From positions 352,001-416,000 of the forward strand of contig CAVWHO010000008.1 in NCBI GenBank assembly GCA_963754875.1: 64,000 bases of DNA. The letters run 5' to 3'. This document shows positions 29,808 to 40,253 of the stretch, piece by piece. The notes under the pieces were generated by a model, which did not search any database, had not been told where the DNA came from, and saw only the letters and a program-made list of their open reading frames with translations. Positions within the stretch are counted from its first letter, which is position 1, and every line of letters begins with the position of its first letter. This stretch comes from Nitrospirota bacterium. Its GTDB lineage: Bacteria > Nitrospirota > UBA9217. Made by a program: the position numbers and the translations under genes.

Positions 29808-32800
29808 ATGAGTCTCTTCGTCTTTGCCTTATTTTTTATTTCTGGGGCCTGTGGCCTCATCTATGAAGTTGTTTGGTCTCGAATGATGACGCTTATATTC
29901 GGGAGAAGCGTCCTGGCAGTGGGTACCGTCCTCGCTGCATTCATGTGGGGTCTCGCGATCGGGAGCTACCTGCTCGGAAAGTATGCCGACCGGAGCCGCA
30001 ATCCGCTTCGTCTCTATGCCATCTACGAGATTGGAGTCGGGATTAGCGCATTTATTGCCTCGTTCCTCTTGATGCGCATAACCCCCATCTACGTATGGGT
30101 TCATGCAACCTTCGGGGACTATCCCGTGATGTTCATCGTGGTACGCTTTTTCATCGCCTTTGCGCTCCTTACACTGCCCACAGCCTTGATGGGAGCCACC
30201 CTCCCCCTCCTCTCCCGCGTCGTCGTTAAGCAGCTGTCGCGCGTCAGCCACGAGTTGGGCAGCCTCTACGCCATCAACACCGTGGGAGCGGTGGCCGGCA
30301 GTCTTCTCGCAGGCTTTTATCTTATCGGGCGCCTTGGTTTGCACGACACCGTAGCCGTAGCCGTTGTGGGTAACCTGGCTGTAGGCATAGTGGCGTGGTT
30401 TGCCTCATTTCGCACCGGCCCCGCAGGCGATAAAGTCGCGCAATCTTCGCCGGATACGTCGCCTGTGATACATATCGACATTGGTCGGTCCCGGAGCACC
30501 TTCCGGTTGGTTCTCCTTTCATTCGCCTTGTCGGGAGTGACGTCCTTTGCCTATGAAATTTTCTGGACGCGTTCGCTTGTCTTTTTGCTCGGCAACACGA
30601 CCTATGCCTTTACGCTGATGCTCACGGCTTTTCTGCTGGGGATTGCGCTCGGAGGATACGGGATACGGTTCCTTGCAGACATGGTGAAAGCCCCTCTACG
30701 GCTGTTCGCTGTAATCGAGATCCTTATCGGAGTCTTTTCAGCCATTGCCTTGCCCCTGCTTTTTCTTATCGTCAAGTCGGATGCCATACACGCCTTAATC
30801 CTTCGCTACTCCGCTCAACTCGATTTGCTAGCTGCATCTAACTTCTTGCTCTCCCTATCCCTCATGCTCTTTCCAGCTACCCTGATCGGAGCGACGCTGC
30901 CCCTCATGGGCCGTATCTTCCTGTCTGATCTACAGCGTACCGGAACGACGGTTGGCAAGCTCTACGCCGTCAACACGATCGGCAACGTCATTGGTGCGCT
31001 CCTGCCAGGGCTTGTTATCATGCCGATCATGGGAATTCAGAAAGGCATCCTCCTAATGGCAGCCCTCAACGTGGGTCTGGGCATCGCACTTTTCTTTTCC
31101 CAAGGGAAGCGCGCCATGATCTTCCTGTCCGCAACGGCTGTGGCCTTCGTTTTTTTTGCGCTCTTCCTTGTGCGGCTCCCCATAGCATTCCAGTTCCCGT
31201 CAGAGTATCAAAGACCGCGGGATGAGGTGCTCTATTATAAGGAAGGCGGCCTCGTGACCACGAAGGTCTGGACCAGTGCCGACTCGGGCTATAAAGTTAT
31301 CAGCGTCGACGGGATCAACATCGGCGGGACCAGCGATTCCGATTACAAGCAGCAGCTCCTTGCCCACTTGCCGAAGCTGCTCCTGAAATCCTACCGTTCG
31401 GAGCTGTCAATCGGACTCGGCTCCGGGATACTCGCTGGCGAAAGTGCCCGTCACTCCGCGTTGCGGAAAATTGTAAGCGTGGAAATATCGCAGGGTGTTG
31501 CTTCCGGAGCGGCATATTTCTCCGAAGCAAATTACAGCATTCTCCACGATCCTCGCGCGGTCATCGTCGTGGATGATGTGGTTGATTTTCTCGAAACGAC
31601 GCCGGATCACTTCGACATCATATCGGCTGACGAAAAAACAACGGGGAAATACGCCACAAACTCTTTCTCGTACTCGAAGGAATACTATGCGATGCTGCAG
31701 AAACGGCTCGCCCCCGGAGGGCTTGTAATTCAATGGATGCCGACCGATCTTCCGCCGACGCAGTATGCCCTCGCTCTAAGGACGTTCCTGGATTCGTTCC
31801 CACATGTTCAACTCTGGTATTTCCCTCCTATTGGACGGTTCACCATGTCGAATACGATCCTTGTCGGCTCGAACGATCCCGTGGACATGGATCCGTTATG
31901 GATGCGCCAAGCAATGGAACGGGAACCAGAAGCGTTCATGGGGATACGCAAATACGGTCTGACAACCGCAGAGGCCGTCTTGGCACATTTCGTCGGGACC
32001 GAGGAAACGCTGCGCCGCGCACTCCCGCCCGGACCGGTGAATTCTTTTGATAAGCCTTATTACGAATTTTACTCTCCCCGCGACTATGCCGTCCCCCCCA
32101 ATGAGAGAACGCTCGTAAATCATTCCATGCTGACAGCGGTTCGCGGACCAGACTTCAACCGAATTGTGATGAAAGGAATCATCGGCCCGGAGGCGGGACG
32201 TCTGCAAGCGGCCTTCCAGGCCGAGGGGACCTTTCTCGACGGACACACCGCCCAGCTCCGGGGAAATCCCTTTCCGGCGGTTATGGGACGCTATGACCAG
32301 GCCATCGGCCTTGCACCGTGGGACAGGAACCTGCGTAACGAAGTCGTCTCCTACCTCAATAGGGAATACCTCAGCTTATATTTAAACGGCGATTATCCAG
32401 ATGCCGCGGGCATTCTCCGTCAGGCCGCCGACTTATTCCCTGAGAGCTCAGATGTTCACGAAGATTATGGATGGATACTCTGGAGGATAAACCAGTCCGA
32501 TCTTGCGATGACGGAGCTTCAACGAGCCCTGGCGATGAACACGAAACTCATACCTCCGCGAAGAATTCTAGCCTCGATATATGCATCACGAGGACAATCG
32601 GAACAGGCTATTGCTCAGTGGAAGACCGCACTCGCCCTTGACCCGAATAATGTCCCGACGCTCGTCGGTTACGGAATCTATCTTGCTGATCTGCGATCGA
32701 GCTCGGATGCCCTTGACTATGTCCGGAAGGCATATCGACTCGACTCTGAAGATCCCGAGGTGATCAATGCGTACGCCATCGTCACCTACGCGACCGGCAA

Positions 32801-32900
32801 TATCAGCGAGGCGAGGCACATTGTTTTGAAGGGCGGCAACTACTACCATGGCAATCGGGATTTCGAAAAGATCCGGGCCGCGATCCTGAGCGGATCATAG
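29808..32900 (+). CDS. Fused multi-TM / spermidine-synthase-like SAM-fold protein with C-terminal TPRs
   Basis: SGACGLIYEVVWSR and LYAINTVGA duplicated membrane halves, IGLGSG SAM motif, LAPGGLVIQW, and TPR tail. Confidence 0.88.
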   Translation: MSLFVFALFFISGACGLIYEVVWSRMMTLIFGRSVLAVGTVLAAFMWGLAIGSYLLGKYADRSRNPLRLYAIYEIGVGISAFIASFLLMRITPIYVWVHATFGDYPVMFIVVRFFIAFALLTLPTALMGATLPLLSRVVVKQLSRVSHELGSLYAINTVGAVAGSLLAGFYLIGRLGLHDTVAVAVVGNLAVGIVAWFASFRTGPAGDKVAQSSPDTSPVIHIDIGRSRSTFRLVLLSFALSGVTSFAYEIFWTRSLVFLLGNTTYAFTLMLTAFLLGIALGGYGIRFLADMVKAPLRLFAVIEILIGVFSAIALPLLFLIVKSDAIHALILRYSAQLDLLAASNFLLSLSLMLFPATLIGATLPLMGRIFLSDLQRTGTTVGKLYAVNTIGNVIGALLPGLVIMPIMGIQKGILLMAALNVGLGIALFFSQGKRAMIFLSATAVAFVFFALFLVRLPIAFQFPSEYQRPRDEVLYYKEGGLVTTKVWTSADSGYKVISVDGINIGGTSDSDYKQQLLAHLPKLLLKSYRSELSIGLGSGILAGESARHSALRKIVSVEISQGVASGAAYFSEANYSILHDPRAVIVVDDVVDFLETTPDHFDIISADEKTTGKYATNSFSYSKEYYAMLQKRLAPGGLVIQWMPTDLPPTQYALALRTFLDSFPHVQLWYFPPIGRFTMSNTILVGSNDPVDMDPLWMRQAMEREPEAFMGIRKYGLTTAEAVLAHFVGTEETLRRALPPGPVNSFDKPYYEFYSPRDYAVPPNERTLVNHSMLTAVRGPDFNRIVMKGIIGPEAGRLQAAFQAEGTFLDGHTAQLRGNPFPAVMGRYDQAIGLAPWDRNLRNEVVSYLNREYLSLYLNGDYPDAAGILRQAADLFPESSDVHEDYGWILWRINQSDLAMTELQRALAMNTKLIPPRRILASIYASRGQSEQAIAQWKTALALDPNNVPTLVGYGIYLADLRSSSDALDYVRKAYRLDSEDPEVINAYAIVTYATGNISEARHIVLKGGNYYHGNRDFEKIRAAILSGS

Positions 32901-33016
32901 GTTGCAATGAGAAAACTGAACATCATCGACGAACTGAAACCTATTTGCCAGATCTTGTGATGTTCTTCCCTGCATAAGTTGCCGTGATCCGCATGTCTTC
33001 CTGGTGATATAAACTC

Positions 33017-34831
33017 ATGAGATTATTGAGGTTGATCATGAACCGAAAGCAACATGTCAAATATTATATTGCAGCTATCATTGCATTTATAACATTCATC
33101 GTATACCTGTCATCGCTTCAGAATAACTTCATTAACTGGGATGATGACCTGTATGTCTTAAATAACGTTCACATACGTTCATTTGATCTTCATTTCCTTA
33201 AATGGCTGTTTTTTGATTTTTATGCATCCTACTGGGCACCCCTTACATGGACATCCCATGCTATGGATTATGCCATCTGGGGCCTGAATCCCTGGGGTCA
33301 TCATCTCATGAACAATTTTTTCCATGCAGTAAATACCTTTTTTGTGGTAATTGTCGTAATAAAACTTCTCGAGGCATGGAATGAAAAAGGGATGACAAAA
33401 ATCTTTTCCGAGCGGGAAATGCTGACAGCGGCAGGGACCGTCGGTGTTTTATTCGGTCTTCATCCCCTGCATGTAGAATCGGCTGTCTGGGTCGCAGAGC
33501 GCAAGGACCTCTTGTGCGCCCTGTTCTTCCTTCTCAGCATTATTTCTTACATAGCTTATGTCCGTGGTGAAGACAACAGCGCTACGCGCAAAGCGCTGTT
33601 CTCTCGGTTTTCTTTTAACAAATACTATCTCATCACAATCGGTTTTTTCATTCTTGCCCTCCTCAGTAAACCAATGGCGGTTTCCCTGCCAGCGGTGCTT
33701 CTGATCCTTGACTGGTATCCTTTCCAAAAAATAAAATCTTCCGCCTCATTTTGGAAAGCAGTTATCGAGAAAATTCCCTTTATTGCATTAAGTCTGGGGA
33801 TGTCAGTCATCATCATACTCGCCCATAAAGCGGGAGGCGCCATCGCCCCCATAACCATGGTGCCCTTATCGACGCGGGCCATCGTCTCCGCCCATTCTCT
33901 CATCGCTTATATCGGAATGATGATATGGCCGCTGAATTTGCTCCCTGTGTATACATATCCGCCGGCATCAACTGTACTATCGTTGAAGTATCTTTCTTCA
34001 ATCATATTCGTAATAGGAATTACCATCGCCTTTGTTGTTAAAGCGAAAAAAAATAGATTATGGCTGGCGGCCTGGTCATATTACACTATCACGCTCATTC
34101 CCGTACTCGGTATCGTGCAAGTAGGGCCACAAGCAATGGCAGACCGGTTTACGTATTTACCAAGCCTGGGTCCGTTTTTCCTCATCGGTTTGGCGGCAGC
34201 ATGGATTGCAAAGCATGTATTTGCCGGTGCAGGGATGAACACTTTTGTCAAGGCTGTCATCATCGCGGCCGCATTTGTGATTTGTGCGGCTCTGTCATAT
34301 GTAACCTACCAGCAGATCGGTATCTGGAAAAACGGAATTGAACTATGGACGTATGTTATTGACAGAGATCCGACAAGGGCATTCTTTGCATATAACAACC
34401 GCGGCGTTTGTTATGAAAATGCGGGCCAGATTGATAAGGCGGTCGAGGACTACCAGAAAACAATTGCTTTGAACCCAGGTGACGATCAGGCCTATTTCAA
34501 TTTGGGAGTCATCTACCAAAAGGCCGGCGCACAGGATAAAGCGACAGAGTACTACAGTGATTCTCTCGCCATAAACCCGAATAGAGCGGAAGCTCTCCAC
34601 AATCGAGGAGTAATCTATTCCCAAAACGGCCAACCTGATAAGGCTCTGGACGATTTCAATAGAGCCATCGCTTTGAATCCGGATATGGGCATTGCCTATT
34701 ATAATCGTGCGACTCTTTATCTCAGGACAAACAGGCAGAATCTTGCCCTGTTGGACTTTCGAAAAGCCTGCGATTTGGGGAACAAAGATGCCTGTAGCAC
34801 GCTGGCATCGGGAGAGTCTTCTTTCAAGTAG
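33017..34831 (+). CDS. TMTC-like GT-C protein O-glycosyl(mannosyl)transferase with TPR repeats
   Basis: NWDDDLYV acidic loop after TM1, LHPLHVESAVWVAERKD, ALLSKP, MADRFTYLP and AYNNRG TPRs. Confidence 0.85.
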   Translation: MRLLRLIMNRKQHVKYYIAAIIAFITFIVYLSSLQNNFINWDDDLYVLNNVHIRSFDLHFLKWLFFDFYASYWAPLTWTSHAMDYAIWGLNPWGHHLMNNFFHAVNTFFVVIVVIKLLEAWNEKGMTKIFSEREMLTAAGTVGVLFGLHPLHVESAVWVAERKDLLCALFFLLSIISYIAYVRGEDNSATRKALFSRFSFNKYYLITIGFFILALLSKPMAVSLPAVLLILDWYPFQKIKSSASFWKAVIEKIPFIALSLGMSVIIILAHKAGGAIAPITMVPLSTRAIVSAHSLIAYIGMMIWPLNLLPVYTYPPASTVLSLKYLSSIIFVIGITIAFVVKAKKNRLWLAAWSYYTITLIPVLGIVQVGPQAMADRFTYLPSLGPFFLIGLAAAWIAKHVFAGAGMNTFVKAVIIAAAFVICAALSYVTYQQIGIWKNGIELWTYVIDRDPTRAFFAYNNRGVCYENAGQIDKAVEDYQKTIALNPGDDQAYFNLGVIYQKAGAQDKATEYYSDSLAINPNRAEALHNRGVIYSQNGQPDKALDDFNRAIALNPDMGIAYYNRATLYLRTNRQNLALLDFRKACDLGNKDACSTLASGESSFK

Positions 34832-34954
34832 GGAGTTAGCTCGTAAGAAGCCCCATCATCGCAGGGGTCCCACTACGTATTATCCCGAGAGCCTTTTTCA
34901 GATCATTTTTTGTTGAAATAAACGTCATACTGTTTTACATTGGAACAGGAGAAA

Positions 34955-35989
34955 ATGCAAAAGATTGACTTTCCCGCCAGGATCAGATTACTGGCATTAA
35001 CAGCTCTCATGGTTTTTATCTGGATCGTTTTGGGCATGGTGTATCTGGAGCGGTTCCTGCCGCCTTTTGATCGCCTTGAGCTGCAGCTGATGCCGTGGAA
35101 ATCCGCAACCCCGTCCAGGGCAACCATTGATATGCGCCTTGCCATCATGCAGGATCAGTTGGACGCATCCAACAAAATTTCGAATTACGCTCTAGTAACC
35201 ATGATCATCTCCTTTACCGCATTCAGCATTTATCTGTCGGTCATATACCAGCAAAAACAGCGGAGGGCGCGGGAAAACATGGTCCTCCTGCTCAAGAATC
35301 AGGAAATAGCCCGGCGTAACGAATTTATTCGCTATATTTCAGCCACAATCGGTCATGAATTCAAAAATAATCTCGGAAGAATCAAGCGAAGGATCGATCT
35401 TCTCTCCAACTTTCCCCAGGAAGCTAAAGAACGAATTGACGGCAATTTGGACAAATTATTTGCTGATATCGACATCTTCAAAAAAATATCGGACGAGCGC
35501 GAGGCTGGCCTGGTTAATTTTCAAAAAACTGATCTCAAAGCCCTTCTGAACGATCTCACTGCTCAATACAGCGATCTGGCCGAAATAGCGATCAACGACA
35601 CCGTCTCGCTGCCAATGATCTACGCCGCTCCGCCCCTCTTAAAGACAGTATTCGAAAACATTTTGGATAACGCAGTCAAGTACAGAAAACCAGGCACACT
35701 CCGGGCCCGCGTGTTCGTGTCCTGTTCCATGGATAAGGACGGCAGTAGGAGATATGCTACGGTTTCGATCCGGGACGAAGGGATGGGGATGGACGAACAG
35801 CAGGCGGATCAATGTTTTTACAAGGGAAAAGGATCGGGTGAGAGCTGGGGACAAGGCCTGTATTTTACAAAATATGTCATTGGCCTGCATGCCGGAAGGA
35901 TCAGAATCGGCAAGGAATATACCACGCCGGGCAAAGGCACGGAAATCATTATAAATCTGCCCTACGTCGAGGAGGCGCTTGATGTTTAA
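34955..35989 (+). CDS. Membrane sensor histidine kinase (2 TM)
   Basis: H-box IGHEFKNNL, ENILDNAVKY, DEGMGM and GQGLY. Confidence 0.9.
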   Translation: MQKIDFPARIRLLALTALMVFIWIVLGMVYLERFLPPFDRLELQLMPWKSATPSRATIDMRLAIMQDQLDASNKISNYALVTMIISFTAFSIYLSVIYQQKQRRARENMVLLLKNQEIARRNEFIRYISATIGHEFKNNLGRIKRRIDLLSNFPQEAKERIDGNLDKLFADIDIFKKISDEREAGLVNFQKTDLKALLNDLTAQYSDLAEIAINDTVSLPMIYAAPPLLKTVFENILDNAVKYRKPGTLRARVFVSCSMDKDGSRRYATVSIRDEGMGMDEQQADQCFYKGKGSGESWGQGLYFTKYVIGLHAGRIRIGKEYTTPGKGTEIIINLPYVEEALDV

Positions 35990-36872
35990 AGTGCTGGTCG
36001 CCGACGATGATTTCGAAGACCGCGAGCTCGTTAAGCTCGAAATTCAACGCACGCTCAGAAAAGACGAGCCCGATCTCAGGTTTCATGAGGCAGTCAGCGT
36101 CCGGGACGCGGTCAACGCGCTGACGACCCAAATGTTCGACCTCATGACGCTCGACATTGAATTTGACCGCATGACCGAAGGCATTGATGCCTTGCCGGAG
36201 CTGTTTGAAACCCATCCATCGCTGAATATCATCGTCATCAGCGGTAAGCTTGACAAAAGCGAGGTTTCGGAGCGTCTTTTTCGTTTCACGAAAGACAACG
36301 TTCTGAAAGGAAAACGCTGGGCCCGGCATTTCGACGTTCTCGACAAGAAAGACGACAAAACCGAGGCAATCCAGCGCGCGTACACATTCGCCTTGCAACA
36401 GCGGGAAGGCAGGAACAACATCCGGGAACTCTTTCTCCTGGCCGAATCCTATCTTGAAAAGAATATGCTCGATAAATGCCTGGAGGTCTATCAAAAAATA
36501 CAACTGCTTGCTCCCGGCGAGCGGGAGTCGCGGGAAAATATCGGCATTGTCAAGGGCGACGTGTCCGTCGAACAGGCATTGGATTATTTCCGGAACGGGG
36601 AAAAAGTCGTTGCCTCGCTTCTGCTCGGCTACCATATTGAAAACCGTCTGAGAGCTTTCACTACGCAGATACTCGGCCGGACGCTCCCAATCCTGTCCGA
36701 TTGTCTGAAAGAGATGGAGCAGCAGCGCCGCATCAGTCACTTCAGGAAAGAGCTGTTCAGCGACCTGCTGGGGCTGCGTAACAGGGCCATTCATCAGCCG
36801 GCAAATATCTCCGAAGCGGAATTCAGGACCGCCTCGAAAAAACTGGGTCTCCTGGAGGAAGCCTCGGCATGA
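35982..36872 (+). CDS. Response regulator: REC, TPR-like helices and a C-terminal HEPN/DUF4145-like domain
   Basis: REC residues are intact (VLVADDD, MTLDIEF, VISG, DKK). The helical C-terminus has IENRLR and LRNRAIH (R-x4-H). SD GGAGG. Confidence 0.75.
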   Translation: MFKVLVADDDFEDRELVKLEIQRTLRKDEPDLRFHEAVSVRDAVNALTTQMFDLMTLDIEFDRMTEGIDALPELFETHPSLNIIVISGKLDKSEVSERLFRFTKDNVLKGKRWARHFDVLDKKDDKTEAIQRAYTFALQQREGRNNIRELFLLAESYLEKNMLDKCLEVYQKIQLLAPGERESRENIGIVKGDVSVEQALDYFRNGEKVVASLLLGYHIENRLRAFTTQILGRTLPILSDCLKEMEQQRRISHFRKELFSDLLGLRNRAIHQPANISEAEFRTASKKLGLLEEASA

Positions 36873-37513
36873 GTGGAAAATTTTTTTGGAAATATATGCC
36901 GCCGCTTGGCCCGATCCTTAGCCTGTTGCTTATCGGCTTGGTCCTCTTGAGCGCTATTCTCTACTACCGCGCAGTCAAGATACAGAGGTTTCTCGAGCCT
37001 GCACTGGCCCTTTCCCAGCCGCGGAATGATTTCGCGAAAAACATCAACGCCCTCTTTCAGAAAGAATTCGGGAAGGCCGGTGTAAGCGGCATCAACGTTC
37101 GGTCAAGTTCCATATTTATGGAAACGTCCGTGCTGTTTTCCCCGAATGGTGCTCCAAGAGCATCGGCTGAGGATTCCCTCAGGAAAATCGCCCGCATTTT
37201 TCATTCGCTGATGACAGACGAGCATGCACGGTCCGAGATCAATTTCATAATGATCATTGGCCACTACCCTTCTAATGGGGTCACGACGGCAACCGCAATG
37301 GATAGGCTGAAAGTTCAGCATCTGACCGGGATCATCGAGGACACGCTGTTTCATGTCGAGCCCGATCTTGCAAGGCCATATGCCTCATACTTTGCAGTTT
37401 CTGCACTGCCGGCAACATCAGCGGCTCAGGTTACTGCTGTGGAGTTTCGAATAGTACCTTCCGATTACCTCCACATAGAGGTTTTGGAGAAACTGGAAAA
37501 ATATTCTTATTAA
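36869..37513 (+). CDS. Membrane-anchored protein with a degenerate OmpA/MotB-like periplasmic domain
   Basis: Single N-terminal TM, then SVLFSPNG...LRKIA...IMIIGH...VEFRI. ATGA-coupled to the regulator. Confidence 0.55.
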   Translation: MSGKFFWKYMPPLGPILSLLLIGLVLLSAILYYRAVKIQRFLEPALALSQPRNDFAKNINALFQKEFGKAGVSGINVRSSSIFMETSVLFSPNGAPRASAEDSLRKIARIFHSLMTDEHARSEINFIMIIGHYPSNGVTTATAMDRLKVQHLTGIIEDTLFHVEPDLARPYASYFAVSALPATSAAQVTAVEFRIVPSDYLHIEVLEKLEKYSY

Positions 37514-37614
37514 TCACATCGCAGCGGTATATCGGCCCCGGAGAGCAGGCATTCCTCTGTGATCGAAGATGTTATAGCTCTCGAGATGAGCTATGTTTTA
37601 ATGAGTGAGAAATT

Positions 37615-38826
37615 ATGTTACGCATATTCAAAAACCATATCCTCCGCTTGAATAAAATACTTATATTTATTGTTGGATTCATAGCCGTTCTCGTCATCGC
37701 GATTATAACGATGGTACGGTTCAACATTACCGGAAATTATGAAGGCATTTTCCTGCTCAAGGCCGAGAACGGCGCCCTTTTCGAGGTGCAGGATGACCTT
37801 TATCTTGGTGAAGAACAGCGTTATATCTGGGGCATTGATTTGGATGATTGGAAACAGTCGTTCAATGATTCGGCCAGCGCTTTGGCGGCTGACAAGCCAT
37901 CTCTCTACTATGAATGGAATGATAAAAAAGGAAATGGCTTCGTAAGAAATCACCTGCCCGGGGGAAAGCAGATACTTACCTGTTTCAGCAGGTTTGTTGA
38001 CGACGGCGACGCGGAAGTCTCCGGCCTTTTCGTGGGAGGAGGGCTGCCTGAAGAGGTGCGGGAAAACGATATAGTAAAGAAGAACGCAACAGGGATGGCA
38101 TATTACGATGGTGGGAGGTGGTATCATATCTGGTGCAATGTCAACGAGGCGTTATCGAATTCCCGCCTTACTGCAATACCCCCGTCTTCATGGAAGTTCC
38201 TCGGAAGCAGGGTGCTCCATCACAATGCCGAGGACTTGATATTAGAGAGTTCCCATGAAGTCATCATTGATGAAGTTCCTTTGCGTGTTAAAAGAATCGC
38301 GTATTTCAAGGCAGGAGAGCCTTATTTCATCCTTTCGATCAGGATTGAGAATGCTGGAGATCGACCTGCAATATATTACTATAATTACGGAGATGAACCA
38401 TGGTTGGGAAACTACGGGACGTCGGGCGGCAATGTCGGCTGGGCCTCGGACGGTGTTTCAAGATATATATATAACTATAAGGGCCGACTCAATACAAAAT
38501 TATTTCATACAGCTGGGTTATTCGATCTTGGAAATGATGCAATCGGCGAAGGACATGACTTCACATTCACTGCCAATTTTATAACCTGGTATAGTGATGT
38601 AGAGCCGTTTGTATACTTTTCTAACGGCCCCTATGATTTCCCGCAGATAAACGAAAATAAAATACCCCTTTCCAGCAATTCCAGATTTATAGGACTTCAG
38701 TGGGGGCCCCGAAAATTGCAACCAGGCCTGGCGGAAACATACACTCTTGCGATAGGGATGGCCGAACTTGATCCCAAAAGCGGTTTCCCCGTCGAACCAA
38801 AGATGGACTTGAAACATTTCCCCTAG
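37615..38826 (+). CDS. Hypothetical membrane-anchored beta-rich protein
   Basis: 403-aa ORF with an N-terminal TM and an aromatic/Gly-rich body. No motif recognised. Confidence 0.7.
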   Translation: MLRIFKNHILRLNKILIFIVGFIAVLVIAIITMVRFNITGNYEGIFLLKAENGALFEVQDDLYLGEEQRYIWGIDLDDWKQSFNDSASALAADKPSLYYEWNDKKGNGFVRNHLPGGKQILTCFSRFVDDGDAEVSGLFVGGGLPEEVRENDIVKKNATGMAYYDGGRWYHIWCNVNEALSNSRLTAIPPSSWKFLGSRVLHHNAEDLILESSHEVIIDEVPLRVKRIAYFKAGEPYFILSIRIENAGDRPAIYYYNYGDEPWLGNYGTSGGNVGWASDGVSRYIYNYKGRLNTKLFHTAGLFDLGNDAIGEGHDFTFTANFITWYSDVEPFVYFSNGPYDFPQINENKIPLSSNSRFIGLQWGPRKLQPGLAETYTLAIGMAELDPKSGFPVEPKMDLKHFP

Positions 38827-39343
38827 CGTTTTTCATTTTCATTTAGAGCACACTGCTTTTTTTTGAGACCCGTTATCCCGCGGCAATTTTGGCACGAATA
38901 TCCTTATTCGCGTTTGGCTGGCTCGTGAGAAAGAGTTTACAATCCGTTACGTATCCTCCGGCTCGTTTTGTTTTTCCTTAATACCGCTAAATCAGAGTGA
39001 GGCTGCATGATCCGGATTTGACTTTCTTTCTCGCTGGTAATAGCATTCGTCGCGATTAATAGCTCCTGGCATCAAAATGCTTCCCCCGAGACACCCAAAA
39101 ACGAGAACCATAGCGGATCGATTGTGCCGCCTTTTCGCTTTCCTCCCGTTTTTCTAGCTTTGTTTCTCAGTAATTATGCCATCACGCTAGTCAGCGTTAT
39201 CATTGGTACCTCTGGATGGCTATGCTTAAAAAAACTGTTAAAACAACCGTCATGAGCGAACAATCAGACCACGGACCGCCTCTACGCAAGTCTTACTGCC
39301 GCGGTTCTGAGTCTACCCCTGAATGCGTTCCTTCCTTTAGTAG

Positions 39344-40249
39344 TTATTTACTTTCCACTTCCCTCATGAAGATCTGGACGCGATTGTTGCCGCGATCGGC
39401 GATGAAAACATGACCCTTTCCATCAATACAAATATCAGCTGGATAGAAAAGTTCTCCTTCTTTCCATCCCATCTTCAGCTTATTTCCTTGAAAAGAGCCA
39501 TCTCTGCCAAAAACGACGACCCCTCCACCGTTCTGATCAACAAGATAGATGTTTTTCCGATCTACGGCAAGAGCGGTTGGAAAGTTGACGTACGACTTCA
39601 ATCCCGATACGAGCGGAGAAAAAACACCGGCATCGGGCGCTGCAGTATATAGCGAACCCGTCACGCTATTCAGAAGAAAAACCGTACCCTGTGGATCAAC
39701 GGCCACGTCGGAGAAAAAGCCTCCAACCTGAGGATACTCTATCTGTTTCTGGAACTTCCCCTCCGGGCTCAGAATCAGTACCCGTGAGGATGCGATATCC
39801 AGAATATACAGATTATCTTTCGCATCGATTGCAAGACTTTTAGGAATCCACGATGGCCCGGGTCCAGGCAGGCCGAGCGCTTCGACATAACCCACGAACT
39901 CCCCTGTGGGTTTCAGGTGTACAATTCTATGCTGTCTTCCATCCAGCACGAAGATGTCCCCTTGGGTGTTTACTCGAATGCGCTGAGGATAGATGATTTG
40001 CGGAATTTTTATTTCCGTCCCCGCAACCATGACCTCGTCCTGCATGGTATATTGCTGGAGACGCCCGTGACCCGTATCGGCAACAGTGAGAACGGATTTA
40101 TCGCTGCAGCCCACGCCCTCCGGCATGCTGATTCCCCCATCCTTTGCGTCTTTATAGAGGGACACTTCATGTCTTAATGTCATCAGCTCAACGGCCTGCG
40201 CAGTAAAAGGAATCAGGAAGAGTATTATCATTGTTAAGATTTTCATCAT
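39344..40249 (-). CDS. Secreted NHL-repeat beta-propeller protein (last gene of the nanowire locus)
   Basis: Signal peptide ending AQA; NHL units VADTGHGRL, PTALAVD and FIADRGNNRVQIF. Confidence 0.88.
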   Translation of the reverse strand: MMKILTMIILFLIPFTAQAVELMTLRHEVSLYKDAKDGGISMPEGVGCSDKSVLTVADTGHGRLQQYTMQDEVMVAGTEIKIPQIIYPQRIRVNTQGDIFVLDGRQHRIVHLKPTGEFVGYVEALGLPGPGPSWIPKSLAIDAKDNLYILDIASSRVLILSPEGKFQKQIEYPQVGGFFSDVAVDPQGTVFLLNSVTGSLYTAAPDAGVFSPLVSGLKSYVNFPTALAVDRKNIYLVDQNGGGVVVFGRDGSFQGNKLKMGWKEGELFYPADICIDGKGHVFIADRGNNRVQIFMREVESK

Positions 40250-40253
40250 GGCA

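Noticed and set aside
36869..37513. Zorya defence system or flagellar stator
   Set aside because: No ZorA/MotA or other Zorya genes, and the key TM Asp and peptidoglycan-binding residues are absent.
38889..39082. TGGCA-containing sigma-54-like sites
   Set aside because: Spacing or -12 element is wrong (GG-N9-GC, or no GC), and no plus-strand gene follows.
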